Shown: positions 27,805-37,326, numbered from the stretch's first letter. The stretch: DNA of 64,000 bases from an uncultured Acidobacteriota bacterium (GCA_963837495.1 CAWINF010000001.1:2043382-2107381); one strand, 5' to 3'. Numbers and translations are program-made. Notes: generated by a model from the letters alone, not told the origin.

Positions 27805-29484
27805 ATGAGCTCGCCGTCGCTCGATTTCCCGCTGCCGATGTCGGCGCCCGCCGAAGAAGTGTTCCCGACGCTGACGCCCCAACAGATCGCGCGCGTCGCG
27901 GCCCATGGGCGCGTCCGCCCGGTCCGCAGCGGCGAAGTTCTCATCTCGGCGGGAGACAGGGTCGATTCGTTTTTCGTCGTCACGGCGGGTTCCGTCGTCC
28001 TCGCTCGTCCGTCAGAGGAGGGCGAAGAGACTGTCGCGGTCCTGAGGCCGGGCAAGTTCACGGGCGAGCTGATCCTGCTGTCGGGACGTCAGGCGCTCGT
28101 CGATCTTCGCGTTGGCGAGGCGGGAGAGGTGATCGACGTGAGGCGGGAGGATCTCCTCAAGCTCGTTCAGACCGACAGCGAGCTCGGCGACATCTTCCTG
28201 CGGGCTTTCATTCTTCGCAGGGTCGAGCTGATCGCGCACGGGCTCGGAGACGTCGTGCTCATCGGGTCAAATTTCTGCCAGGCCACCCTGCGCGTCAAGG
28301 AATTCCTGACCCGCAACGGGCACCCCTATCGCTACGTCGACCTCGACAACGATCCCGGCGTGCAGGACCTTCTCGACAAGTTCGGCGTCGGGGTGGGCAA
28401 CGTGCCGGTGCTCATCTGCCGCGGGAAGGTCGTCCTGCGCAACCCGACCAACCTCGAGATCGCCGACTGCCTGGGCTTCAACGAAGCGATCGACGAGGTG
28501 CGCGTCCGCGACGTCCTCATCATCGGGGCGGGGCCGGCCGGCCTCGCCGCGGCGGTGTACGGAGCCTCGGAGGGGCTCGACGTTCTTGTGCTCGAATCCG
28601 AGGCGCCCGGCGGACAGGCGGGCTCGAGTTCGAAGATCGAAAACTACCTCGGGTTCCCGACCGGGATCTCCGGCCAGGAGCTCGCGTCGCGCGCGCTGAC
28701 GCAGGCGGAGAAGTTCGGGGCGGAGCTGATGATCGCAAGAAGAGCGAAACGGCTCTCCTGCGGCCGCAAGCCCTATGCGGTTGAGATCGACGAGGGCCCG
28801 AGCATTCTGGCGAAGACGGTGGTCATCGCGACCGGCGCGCGGTATCGGAAGCTGCGCGTCGAGAACCTGGAGCGCTTCGAAGGCGCGGGAGTGTATTACT
28901 TCGCCACGCCGATTGAAGCGCAGCTCTGCCGCGACGAGGAAGTCGTCGTCGTGGGCGGAGGCAATTCCGCGGGACAGGCGGCCGTGTTCCTGGCACGGGC
29001 CGCCCGGCGCGTTCACGTTCTCGTGAGGGCAGCCGGACTTGCCGAGAGCATGTCGCGGTACCTGGTTCGCCGGATCGAGGACCACCCCACGATCGTCTTC
29101 CAGCCGCATACGGAGATCGTGGCGCTCGAAGGCGCCAACCATCTCGAGCGCGTGAGCTGGCGCGACAACGTGACCGGGGAGGTCACGACGCACGAGATCC
29201 GGCACGTCTTTTCAATGACGGGGGCGGATCCGAGCACGAGCTGGCTCGATGGCTGTGTCGCGCTCGACGAGAACGGATTCATCAAGACGGGGCCGGACCT
29301 GTCGGCAGAGGACCTCGCCGCCGCGCACTGGCCGGGCACGCGGCCTCCGCGCCTGCTCGAAACGAGCATTCCGGGCGTCTTCGCGGTCGGCGATGTCCGC
29401 GGAGGCAACATCAAGCGCGTCGCCTCGGCCGTGGGCGAAGGCTCGATCGCGATCACCTTCGTGCACGAGGCTCTTCACGAGTAG
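27805..29484 (+). CDS. cyclic-nucleotide-binding / glutaredoxin-like / thioredoxin-reductase-like FAD oxidoreductase
   Basis: The ATG lies 1 nt after the previous stop. An N-terminal cNMP-binding fold (FTGELILLSG) is followed by a Grx-like segment, then GAGPAGLAAA and GGGNSAGQAA dinucleotide motifs. The canonical TrxR CxxC position reads LCRDEE. Confidence 0.8.
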   Translation: MSSPSLDFPLPMSAPAEEVFPTLTPQQIARVAAHGRVRPVRSGEVLISAGDRVDSFFVVTAGSVVLARPSEEGEETVAVLRPGKFTGELILLSGRQALVDLRVGEAGEVIDVRREDLLKLVQTDSELGDIFLRAFILRRVELIAHGLGDVVLIGSNFCQATLRVKEFLTRNGHPYRYVDLDNDPGVQDLLDKFGVGVGNVPVLICRGKVVLRNPTNLEIADCLGFNEAIDEVRVRDVLIIGAGPAGLAAAVYGASEGLDVLVLESEAPGGQAGSSSKIENYLGFPTGISGQELASRALTQAEKFGAELMIARRAKRLSCGRKPYAVEIDEGPSILAKTVVIATGARYRKLRVENLERFEGAGVYYFATPIEAQLCRDEEVVVVGGGNSAGQAAVFLARAARRVHVLVRAAGLAESMSRYLVRRIEDHPTIVFQPHTEIVALEGANHLERVSWRDNVTGEVTTHEIRHVFSMTGADPSTSWLDGCVALDENGFIKTGPDLSAEDLAAAHWPGTRPPRLLETSIPGVFAVGDVRGGNIKRVASAVGEGSIAITFVHEALHE

Positions 29485-31056
29485 GCGATCGCCGGGTCGC
29501 TTGAAGAACAGGGCTCCGAACAGGGCCGCGGCGCCTGCAAGGGCGGCGGACGCGAGGGCCACGACACGGAACGAAGCGGCCAGGGCGCCGGCGATCGCGC
29601 TCGAGACCGCCCGAGCCTGCTCGGCCGGCAGGCCTCGCGCGGGCCGGGCGGCCCCGAGTTTCAGCCGCTCCCCCGGGGGAATCTGGCGGGCCAGGCTCGC
29701 GAGACCCGTGACCTCGAGCCGCTGGTCCAGCGAGCGGTTGAACACTGCCGTCACCAGGAGTCCCAGAACCGCGACCGCAAGAAGACCCCCGACTCGCGAA
29801 ACGGCATTGTTGATGCCCGAAGCAAGCCCGGCGCGGCCGGGATCCACGGCGCTCATCACGACGGTCGTCAACGGGGCGACGGTGACGGCCATGCCGAGAC
29901 CCAGGACGCAGATCCCGGGAAGGAAGCCGGACCAGTAGCTCGCTCCCGTCCCGGGGATCGCGAGGAACGCGAAGCCGACGGCCGCGATGGCCGGCCCGGC
30001 CGTCAGGGGAAGGCGCGGACCCACGCGATCCAGGAAAGCGCCCGACCAGCGCGAGAGGAGCGAGATGAGCACGATCAACGGCAGCAAGGAAGCTCCGGCC
30101 GCCGCCGGCGTGAATCCCTGGGCCTGGATCAGATCGAACGACAGGAAGAACATCGTGCAGCTCAGCGCGGCGTAGAGGCAGAGGGTCACGAGATTGGCGC
30201 CGGCGAAGGCGCGCGAGGCAAAGAGATCGAGAGGCAACATCGGATGCGCGCCGGATCGCTCGACGGCGACGAACAGAAGGAGCATCGCCACGCCGAGCCC
30301 GAGAGCACCCGCGACACGGGGATCGCGCAGGCCCCGGCCCGTCCACTCGATGAGACCGTAGACGACTCCCGCGAGCCCCGCGGTGACGAGCGCCGCCCCC
30401 GCGATATCGAGCCGCTGACTCCCCGCCTGACGCGTCTCCGGAACCTTCACGATCGAGATCCCGATGACCGCCACGGCCGGAGCGATGTTGATCCAGAAGA
30501 CGGCTCGCCAGGAGACCGCCTGGACGAGCCAGCCGCCCAGCGCCGGGCCAATCGCGGTCGCGACCGCGGTCGAGCCCGACCACGTCCCGATCGCCCGCCC
30601 GCGTTGGGCGGCGGGGAATGCCGACCCGATGAGCGCGAGGCTGCCCGGAACGAGAAGCGCCGCTCCGAGACCTTGCAGAGCCCTGGCCGCCACGAGCTGT
30701 CGGACGTCCGCCGCCAGGCCGCAGACTGCCGAGGCGATCGCGAAGATGGCGACTCCGGCGACGAAGACGCGGCGCCGGCCGAATCTGTCGCCGAGGGCGC
30801 CGCCGACGAGAAGGAGCGCGGACAACCCGAGCGCATACGCCTCGACGATCCACTGGGCGCCCCGGACCGACGCGCCGAGCCGCTCCTGAATGACCGGCAG
30901 GGCCACGTTGACCACCGTCCCGTCGATGAAGGCCATGCTCGAGCCGAGGATCGTCGCCGCGAGGACCCAGCGGCGGGTGGCCGCTTCACAGACCCGGGCC
31001 TCGCCGGCCGAGCGGACCACCGCCTCATCGCAGGGCCCCTTACCGAAGGCGCTCAC
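29212..31056 (-). CDS. MFS transporter, DHA2 (EmrB/QacA-like, 14-TM)
   Basis: FIDGTVVNVALP, LGDRFGRRRVF and 14 predicted TM segments. The last ~90 codons are antisense to the TrxR-like gene, so the true 3' end is uncertain. Confidence 0.75.
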   Translation of the reverse strand: MSAFGKGPCDEAVVRSAGEARVCEAATRRWVLAATILGSSMAFIDGTVVNVALPVIQERLGASVRGAQWIVEAYALGLSALLLVGGALGDRFGRRRVFVAGVAIFAIASAVCGLAADVRQLVAARALQGLGAALLVPGSLALIGSAFPAAQRGRAIGTWSGSTAVATAIGPALGGWLVQAVSWRAVFWINIAPAVAVIGISIVKVPETRQAGSQRLDIAGAALVTAGLAGVVYGLIEWTGRGLRDPRVAGALGLGVAMLLLFVAVERSGAHPMLPLDLFASRAFAGANLVTLCLYAALSCTMFFLSFDLIQAQGFTPAAAGASLLPLIVLISLLSRWSGAFLDRVGPRLPLTAGPAIAAVGFAFLAIPGTGASYWSGFLPGICVLGLGMAVTVAPLTTVVMSAVDPGRAGLASGINNAVSRVGGLLAVAVLGLLVTAVFNRSLDQRLEVTGLASLARQIPPGERLKLGAARPARGLPAEQARAVSSAIAGALAASFRVVALASAALAGAAALFGALFFKRPGDRLLVKSLVHEGDRDRAFAHGRGDALDVASADIADREDARNARFEQARRPRARPVRGGEVLCRQVRPRLDESVLVERDTAIEPARARIRPRH

Positions 31057-31078
31057 AGGCCCGCTCCCTCAGTGTCTG

Positions 31079-31540
31079 TCAGTCCTCGTCCAGGTACTCC
31101 TTGGGGACGTCGTCCTCGGGGACCTGCCGCGTCCGGACTCCGCCTCTGTCGGCGTCGGGAGCGTTCTCGACGCCGCTCACGATGCCCGCTTCGAAAGCCT
31201 GGCCCTCTTCGAGCAGCTCCTCCACGCTCTCCGAATCGGCGAGCTCCGCCCTCGACAGCCCTTCTGTGTCACCGGACTGGCCGCCGGCCTCCGGACCGAG
31301 TCCCCGTTCTTCCAGCGGCTCTTCGACCCGGGAATCGACGCCGCCTCGAATCCGCCTGAGAACCCGTGCCCGCTTCGTCTTCTTGCCGGTCTTTTTCTTG
31401 GCGGGAGCCTTCTTGCCGGCCGTCCTCCTGGCGGACGCCTTCTTGACTCGCCGGGTCTTCGCCCGCCGCCGGGGCGCGCGCTTCGCGGCGGTTTTCCCGC
31501 GGGCCGGTGACCTTTCGCGGCTTTTTTTCTTTTTCGCCAT
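31079..31540 (-). CDS. hypothetical protein with a Lys/Arg-rich N-terminal half and an acidic C-terminal half
   Basis: 153 aa: MAKKKKSRERSPARGKTAAKRAP... followed by ...EELLEEGQAFEAGIVSGVENAPDADRGGVRTRQVPEDDVPKEYLDED. Confidence 0.55.
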   Translation of the reverse strand: MAKKKKSRERSPARGKTAAKRAPRRRAKTRRVKKASARRTAGKKAPAKKKTGKKTKRARVLRRIRGGVDSRVEEPLEERGLGPEAGGQSGDTEGLSRAELADSESVEELLEEGQAFEAGIVSGVENAPDADRGGVRTRQVPEDDVPKEYLDED

Positions 31541-31555
31541 GATGGGACTCTACAT

Positions 31556-32218
31556 CTAGCCCGAGCCGACTCTCAGGGATGCCAGCAGAGCGCTCGCCCC
31601 GTTCCACAGGATCTGGACGCCGATGCAGACGAGGAGGAAGGCCGTCAGCTGGATGATCACGGTCATCGCCGTGGGTCCCAGCGCCCGCGCCAGCCGCTCC
31701 GCGAACCCGTAACAGAGATAGATGCTCGCGGCGATGACGACGGATCCCACGATCGCGGCCAGAAACGGAACGATGTCGAATCCCGCGCGGGGCGGGGCGT
31801 TGGCGCCCAGGGTGATGGCCACGGAGATCGATCCCGGCCCGACCGTCAGCGGGAAGGTCAGCGGATAGAACGCGTGCCGGAAGGGGTCGGGCGGATGGAC
31901 TTTCCGGCGGGTCTCCGTCCGCTCCTCTTCGTACGGACGCCTCAGCAGGGTCCAGCCCGCCGCGATGACGATGGACCCTCCGCCGACCTGAACGACCGGC
32001 AGCGAGATCCCGAAGAACGCGAGGACGTGGGTTCCGATCAGGTACGACCCGACGAGCAGGAAGAAGCTGTTGATCGCGATCCGCCGCGAGAGCGCCCGGC
32101 GCGCCTCCGACGGGTACTCGTCCGTCAACGACAGGAAGATCGGGCTTCCTCCGAGCGGATCCACGATCGGGAACAACGCGCTGACGATGAGGAAGACGCT
32201 CTTCGCCGCTTCGGCCAT
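31556..32218 (-). CDS. MarC-family (UPF0056) integral membrane protein
   Basis: 220 aa; LFPIVDPLGGSPIFLSLT signature. Confidence 0.8.
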   Translation of the reverse strand: MAEAAKSVFLIVSALFPIVDPLGGSPIFLSLTDEYPSEARRALSRRIAINSFFLLVGSYLIGTHVLAFFGISLPVVQVGGGSIVIAAGWTLLRRPYEEERTETRRKVHPPDPFRHAFYPLTFPLTVGPGSISVAITLGANAPPRAGFDIVPFLAAIVGSVVIAASIYLCYGFAERLARALGPTAMTVIIQLTAFLLVCIGVQILWNGASALLASLRVGSG

Positions 32219-32246
32219 GACGTTTTGGAGAGCCTATCCCTTCCTT

Positions 32247-33614
32247 TCAGGCGATGGAGACCGTCTTGATGTTCACGAACTCCTTGATCCCGTAACCGGA
32301 CAGCTCGCGCCCGTAGCCGCTCTCCTTGACGCCGCCGAAGGGGAGGCGCGGGTCGGACTTCACGAAGTCGTTGACGAAGACGCAGCCGCTCTCGATCCGG
32401 TCGGCGGCGATGCGCTCGCCGCGGGCGAGATCGCCAGTGAAGACGGCGCCGCCCAGACCGAAGGCGGAGTCGTTGGCTACCTCGATCGCCTCTTCTTCGT
32501 CCCGGACGGGAATGATCGCCGCGACCGGTCCGAACAGCTCCTCGTCATAGGCCGGCATCCCCTTGCGCACTTCGGTCAGCACCGTGGCAGGGTAGTAGGC
32601 GCCGCGGCCGTCGGGGATCGCGCCGCCGAGCAGGCACCGCGCGCCCTTCGCGACGCTCGCCTCGACCTGGCGGTGCAGCGCGTCGCGCAGATCGTGACGC
32701 GCCTGGGGACCGATCTGAGTGTCGTCCCGGAGAGGGTCGCCCATCCTGGCGGCGCTCATCTTCTCGACGAAGAGCTGCTCGAAACGCCGGCGGATCTTTT
32801 CGACGGGGAGGAAGCGCTTGGCCGCGATGCAGCTCTGGCCGCTGTTGATGAGCCGGCCCCGGGCGCACACCTTTGCCGCGAGCTCGAGGTCCGCGTCCTC
32901 GAGGATGACATAGGGGTCGCTGCCGCCGAGCTCCAGAACGGTCTTCTTCAACATCTCCCCGGCCTTGCGGGCGATGGCCCGGCCCGCCGGCCCGCTGCCG
33001 GTCAGCGTCGCCGCGCGGACAAACGGGTTCTCGATGATCGCCTCGACCTGGCCGCTCCCGATCATCAACGCGCGGAAGAGGTTCTCGGGAAAGCCGGCGC
33101 GGCGGAAGATCTCTTCGATCGCGAGCGCGCAGCCCGGGACGTTGGACGCGTGCTTCAACACGGCCGCGTTGCCCGCCATCAGCCCGGGCGCCGCGAACCG
33201 GAAGACCTGCCAGAAAGGGAAGTTCCAGGGCATGACCGCGAGCACCACGCCGAGCGGGTTGAACGTCACGAAGCTCTTGCTCGCCTCGGTCGCGATTGTC
33301 TCGCGGGCCAGGAAGCGTTCGGCGTTCTCGGCGTAGAAGTCGCAGACGGTGGCGCATTTCCGAACCTCCGCCGCCCCCTCGTGCACGGGCTTTCCCATCT
33401 CCCGCGCCATGAGGCGCGCGTACTGGTTCATGCCGCCGCGCAGGATCTCGGCCGCCTTGCGCAGCGGCGCGGCCCGGTCGGCGAAGGAGGCGCGTCTCCA
33501 GCCGAGAAACGCCTCGTGGACTTTCTTGATAATTTCGGCGGCGGAGGCCGGCGTCATTTCCTCATGGGCGGAAACCACTTCCCCGGTTGTCGGGTTGATG
33601 GCGCGGATCGTCAT
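32247..33614 (-). CDS. NAD(P)-dependent succinate-semialdehyde dehydrogenase-type aldehyde dehydrogenase
   Basis: 455 aa with ELGGSDP, the catalytic Cys in GQSCIAAKR, and PFGGVKESGYGRE. Confidence 0.8.
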   Translation of the reverse strand: MTIRAINPTTGEVVSAHEEMTPASAAEIIKKVHEAFLGWRRASFADRAAPLRKAAEILRGGMNQYARLMAREMGKPVHEGAAEVRKCATVCDFYAENAERFLARETIATEASKSFVTFNPLGVVLAVMPWNFPFWQVFRFAAPGLMAGNAAVLKHASNVPGCALAIEEIFRRAGFPENLFRALMIGSGQVEAIIENPFVRAATLTGSGPAGRAIARKAGEMLKKTVLELGGSDPYVILEDADLELAAKVCARGRLINSGQSCIAAKRFLPVEKIRRRFEQLFVEKMSAARMGDPLRDDTQIGPQARHDLRDALHRQVEASVAKGARCLLGGAIPDGRGAYYPATVLTEVRKGMPAYDEELFGPVAAIIPVRDEEEAIEVANDSAFGLGGAVFTGDLARGERIAADRIESGCVFVNDFVKSDPRLPFGGVKESGYGRELSGYGIKEFVNIKTVSIA

Positions 33615-33787
33615 GGCATCCCTCCAACAGCAAGCGCGTCTGGAAGCATCATGCCATCAAGGATCGAAGGAGTGGGCGGCTCGGTCACGCCGCCGGAAGC
33701 AACGTTGATGCCATTGCTCCGTCCTGGAAAGTGAGCAGCGACTTTCCGCTTTTCTTTCGTTCCTCCGAGCGTAAACTCGGGGCGGCC

Positions 33788-34126
33788 ATGATCCCGGAAG
33801 TCTTCGAGTGCCCGCGCTGCGAGAGGCAATTCGTCATTGACGACGTGCCCGACGAGGGGACTGAAGAGGTCCACTGCCCGCAGTGCAGCCGGTTTCTGGG
33901 AGTGCGGGATATCGCGTTCGTCCTGCGCTCGGAGCTGGACGAGTTGATCGAGCGTCTCTCCTACGAGAAGGACCGCCTGGAGAAGGACGAGGCGATCTAC
34001 GGCCTGACCGACTGCGACGCCGAGATGAAGTTCTACGGCCGCGAGGTCACGCGCGTGATCGGCGTCCTGCGCGGCGCCCTGAAGGAGCTGCGGCACCTGC
34101 GCGAAGACTACCGGGTCAGGAGTTAA
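33788..34126 (+). CDS. small zinc-ribbon protein (CPxC...CPxC) with a coiled-coil tail
   Basis: MIPEVFECPRCERQF...VHCPQCSRFLG. The start is uncertain; the track uses 33731. Confidence 0.5.
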   Translation: MIPEVFECPRCERQFVIDDVPDEGTEEVHCPQCSRFLGVRDIAFVLRSELDELIERLSYEKDRLEKDEAIYGLTDCDAEMKFYGREVTRVIGVLRGALKELRHLREDYRVRS

Positions 34127-34710
34127 TTGGCTGGTTCGGGCTCCTCCGGATACTCCGGAGCGAAAACCTGTCGGAGCGTCAGGCGAAGGCCCGGTAAGAC
34201 CGTGGAAGGTATCGTCGCATCCCCGGAGAGTCTTGCTGTCAGCTCGTAGCGACCGCCTGCAGCGAGATTCAGGATTTCAGCCGTCTCCGTTTCAGGATCG
34301 AAGTACCAGACTTCCGGCACGCCAGCGCGCGCGTAGACCTGAAGCTTCGTCCCGCGATCGAAAGACGCGTTGGTCGGCGAAAGGATCTCAATGACGAGGT
34401 CGGGCGCGCCTTGCACGTTCGCGTCGGTAATGATCCTCCGATTTTCCGCGCGGACGAAGAGAAGGTCCGGCTGAAGGGCCGTGCGTTCCCCGAAAACGAC
34501 GTCGAACGGAGCGAAGAAGACCGTTCCCAGATGGCGGGATTCCACAAATTCGCGGAGTGCGAAATGGAGATTGCTCGCAGTCCTCTGATGTCTCCTGCTC
34601 GGAGAAGGAGTCATGTACACCTCGCCGTCGATGAGCTCGTAGCGCATGCCGTCGTCGGGCATCGCCTGCAGGTCTTTATAGGTCAGCTTGGGCGCGACGA
34701 TGGTGGCCAT
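34123..34710 (-). CDS. Uma2-family (DUF820) putative endonuclease
   Basis: YELIDGEVYMTPSP...H...PDLLFV...APDLVIEILSPTN. Confidence 0.8.
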   Translation of the reverse strand: MATIVAPKLTYKDLQAMPDDGMRYELIDGEVYMTPSPSRRHQRTASNLHFALREFVESRHLGTVFFAPFDVVFGERTALQPDLLFVRAENRRIITDANVQGAPDLVIEILSPTNASFDRGTKLQVYARAGVPEVWYFDPETETAEILNLAAGGRYELTARLSGDATIPSTVLPGLRLTLRQVFAPEYPEEPEPAN

Positions 34711-34772
34711 GACAAGTCAAAGGGGAGTCTAGCACCGGCCGCGATCTTGGGCCGTGCTCTTCCCCGAAGCCC

Positions 34773-36245
34773 TTAAGCCGGCGTGTGAGGTCGGATCGCT
34801 TCGAGGAACTTTCTCAGGCGGCGAAGCGACTTTTCTCTGCCGAGCAACGCGACGACATCGAAAAGGGGAGCGCCGACGGTCGTGCCGGTCAGGGCGAGAC
34901 GCGTGGGATGGATCAGCTTGCCGGCGGAGACTCCCGCCTCCTCCGCGACGGCGCGCAACGCGGTCTCCAGACTCTCGGTACTCCAGTCCTCCAGAGATTC
35001 GAACCGCGAGATGAGCTTCTCGATCAGCGCGGGCGTCTCCGATCGGACCTGCTTCTTCATTCCATCGGGGTCGTAGTCGGAGGGATCGTTCGCGTACATC
35101 GAGAGGGCGCGGCCCATCTCGATCGTCGTGCGGGCGCGGGTGCGGTGCAGCTCGATCGCCTCGAGGGCCCTCTCGCGCTCCGGGACTCCGGCCGGAGCAT
35201 GGGGCGCCGAGCGGGCGAGGAGCTCCTCCGCCGGCATGCGAGTCATGTACTGCGCGTTCATCCAGAGGAGCTTCTCCGGATCGAAGACGGAGGGTGAGGA
35301 ACCGACCCGCTCGAGCGAGAACTCGCTCTCCATCTCCTCGCGCGAAAGGATCTCGCGGTCCTCTCCCGGCGCCCAGCCCAGCAGCGCGAGGAAGTTGAAG
35401 AGGGCCTCGGGAAGGATTCCCTGGTCCCGCCACTCCTCGACGGCCGCGGCGCCGTGGCGCTTGGAGAGCTTCTTGCGGTCGGTGCCGAGGATCATGCCGA
35501 GGTGGGCGAAGCGCGGGATCGGCGCGCCGAGCGCCTGGAAGAGCGCGACGTGCTTGGGCGTGTTGGCCAGGTGGTCGTCGCCGCGAAGGACGTGCGTGAT
35601 GCGCATGTCGGCGTCGTCCACGCAGACGCTGAAGTGATAGAGCGGGTGGCCGTCGGAGCGCACGAGCACGAAGTCGTCGAGCGCTTCGGCGGGGAACTCC
35701 ACGTGCCCGCGGATCATGTCCTCCACGACGATCGTCTCGGAAGGCATCTTCAGGCGCACGACGAACTTCTCGCCGGCCCGCGCGCGGCGCTCGCTCTCCT
35801 CCGGCGGGATCTCGCGCCCGGCGCCGGAGTAGCGATAGGAGCGCCCGGCCGCCTCGGCCTTCTTCCTCTCGGCGTCGAGCTCCCCGGGCGTCTCGAACGC
35901 GCGGTAGGCCTTGCCTTCGGCGATCAGGCGCGCGGCCGCCGCGCGGTAGAGGTCGTAGCGCTCTGACTGATGGTACGGGCCTTCGTCGTAGTCGAGGCCG
36001 AGCCATTCCATGGCGGAGAGGATCTGAGCGGTGAGCCGCTGCTCGGAGCGCTCGACGTCGGTGTCCTCGATGCGCAGGATGAACGTGCCCTTCTCCCGCC
36101 GCGCGAAGAGGAGGTTGTAGAGCGCCGTCCTCGCTCCGCCGACATGAAGCGAGCCCGTCGGCGAAGGCGCGAATCGGACGCGGGGAGCAAGGATGCCGCT
36201 GGACACAGCCGCCGATGGTAGCTTGAAACAGGATGTCCGAAACAT
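34773..36245 (-). CDS. gltX: glutamate--tRNA ligase
   Basis: RFAPSPTGSLHVGGART (HIGH) and KLSKRHG (KMSKS). An alternative GTG start at 36206 would remove the 13-nt overlap with the divergent eamA start. Confidence 0.9.
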   Translation of the reverse strand: MFRTSCFKLPSAAVSSGILAPRVRFAPSPTGSLHVGGARTALYNLLFARREKGTFILRIEDTDVERSEQRLTAQILSAMEWLGLDYDEGPYHQSERYDLYRAAAARLIAEGKAYRAFETPGELDAERKKAEAAGRSYRYSGAGREIPPEESERRARAGEKFVVRLKMPSETIVVEDMIRGHVEFPAEALDDFVLVRSDGHPLYHFSVCVDDADMRITHVLRGDDHLANTPKHVALFQALGAPIPRFAHLGMILGTDRKKLSKRHGAAAVEEWRDQGILPEALFNFLALLGWAPGEDREILSREEMESEFSLERVGSSPSVFDPEKLLWMNAQYMTRMPAEELLARSAPHAPAGVPERERALEAIELHRTRARTTIEMGRALSMYANDPSDYDPDGMKKQVRSETPALIEKLISRFESLEDWSTESLETALRAVAEEAGVSAGKLIHPTRLALTGTTVGAPLFDVVALLGREKSLRRLRKFLEAIRPHTPA

Positions 36246-37171
36246 CGCAGGAACAACCGCGGCGTTTCGCTGCCGACGCCGTTCTCGTGGCCGTGACCGC
36301 CGTCTGGGGCTCCTCGTTCGTCGTGGTCAAAAACGTGCTCGAGGTCGCGCCCCCCCTGGGGTTTCTCTTTCTCCGATTCCTTCTCGCCACCGCGATACTC
36401 GCCCTTCTCGCCAGGGGCCGGCGAGCGAGCCGGGAGCTCCTGCGGGACGGGCTCTTCGTCGGGCTCGTCCTTGCGGCCGGCATGGCGCTTCAGGTCCTCG
36501 GACAGACGGAGACCACCGCCTCGAAGGCGGCCTTCCTGACCGGGCTCTCCGTCGTGCTGACCCCCTTCGCGGCCTACGTGCGCACGCGGCGGCTGCCCTC
36601 GCTCGAGAACGGGTTCGGCATCGCGCTGGCCTCGGCGGGGTTCCTCGTGCTCACGTTCCCGCGGGCGGGGGAGCCCTTCGAGCGCGGCGACCTTCTGATG
36701 ACCGCCTGCGGAGTCGTGTTCGCGTTCTACATCGTGGAGCTCGCGGAGCGCGCGCCCCGCCACGACGTGGTCGTCTTCACCGGCGTCCAGCTGGCGACGG
36801 TGGCGCTCGTTTCTCTCGGGCTCGTGCTCGCGCTGCGCATGCCGTTGCTCGCGGGTCTTCACGCGGCGGCCGTCGAGACGCGGCCCGTCGCCTGGGGCGG
36901 GACTTTCGTTTTCAGCGTCCTTTATCTGGGCTCGATCGGAGCGGTGGGGACCTTCCTCGGGCAGACCTGGGCGCAGCGCCAGATGTCGGCGACGCACGCC
37001 GCGATCATCTTCAGCCTCGAGCCCGTCTTTGCGGCCGTTCTCGCCGCCTGGTTACTCGACGAGCATCTGGGACCGCGCGGCCTCGCGGGTGGCGCGCTGG
37101 TGCTTGCGGGCATCGTGGTTTCGGAGACTCGTCTGAGAACGAGAGGCTCGACATCCTCCTCGTCATCCTGA
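36233..37171 (+). CDS. DMT-superfamily (EamA-type) transporter
   Basis: 312 aa, 10 TM, two EamA repeats. The last codons and the stop lie in a partial GTCATCCTGAGC repeat. Confidence 0.75.
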   Translation: MSETSQEQPRRFAADAVLVAVTAVWGSSFVVVKNVLEVAPPLGFLFLRFLLATAILALLARGRRASRELLRDGLFVGLVLAAGMALQVLGQTETTASKAAFLTGLSVVLTPFAAYVRTRRLPSLENGFGIALASAGFLVLTFPRAGEPFERGDLLMTACGVVFAFYIVELAERAPRHDVVVFTGVQLATVALVSLGLVLALRMPLLAGLHAAAVETRPVAWGGTFVFSVLYLGSIGAVGTFLGQTWAQRQMSATHAAIIFSLEPVFAAVLAAWLLDEHLGPRGLAGGALVLAGIVVSETRLRTRGSTSSSSS

Positions 37172-37212
37172 GCCCTTCGCGCTTTCTTGCCATCCCTTCG
37201 CGTTCTTTCCTT

Positions 37213-37326
37213 GTCATCCTGAGCGCAGCGAAGGATCTGCTCTCGAACTCGGAGAAGCAGATTCTTCGGCGCTCCACGCGCGCCGTCGCCATAGCGGCTC
37301 TGGCGCGTCGGCGACCTCAGAATGAC
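37213..37326 (+). repeat. MITE-like element, family A, copy 1 (114 nt), plus a partial terminus at 37162-37173
   Basis: The termini are GTCATCCTGAG...CTCAGAATGAC (inverted). The internal hairpin is GATCTGCT...AGCAGAT. It lies between convergent eamA and htrA. Confidence 0.7.
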
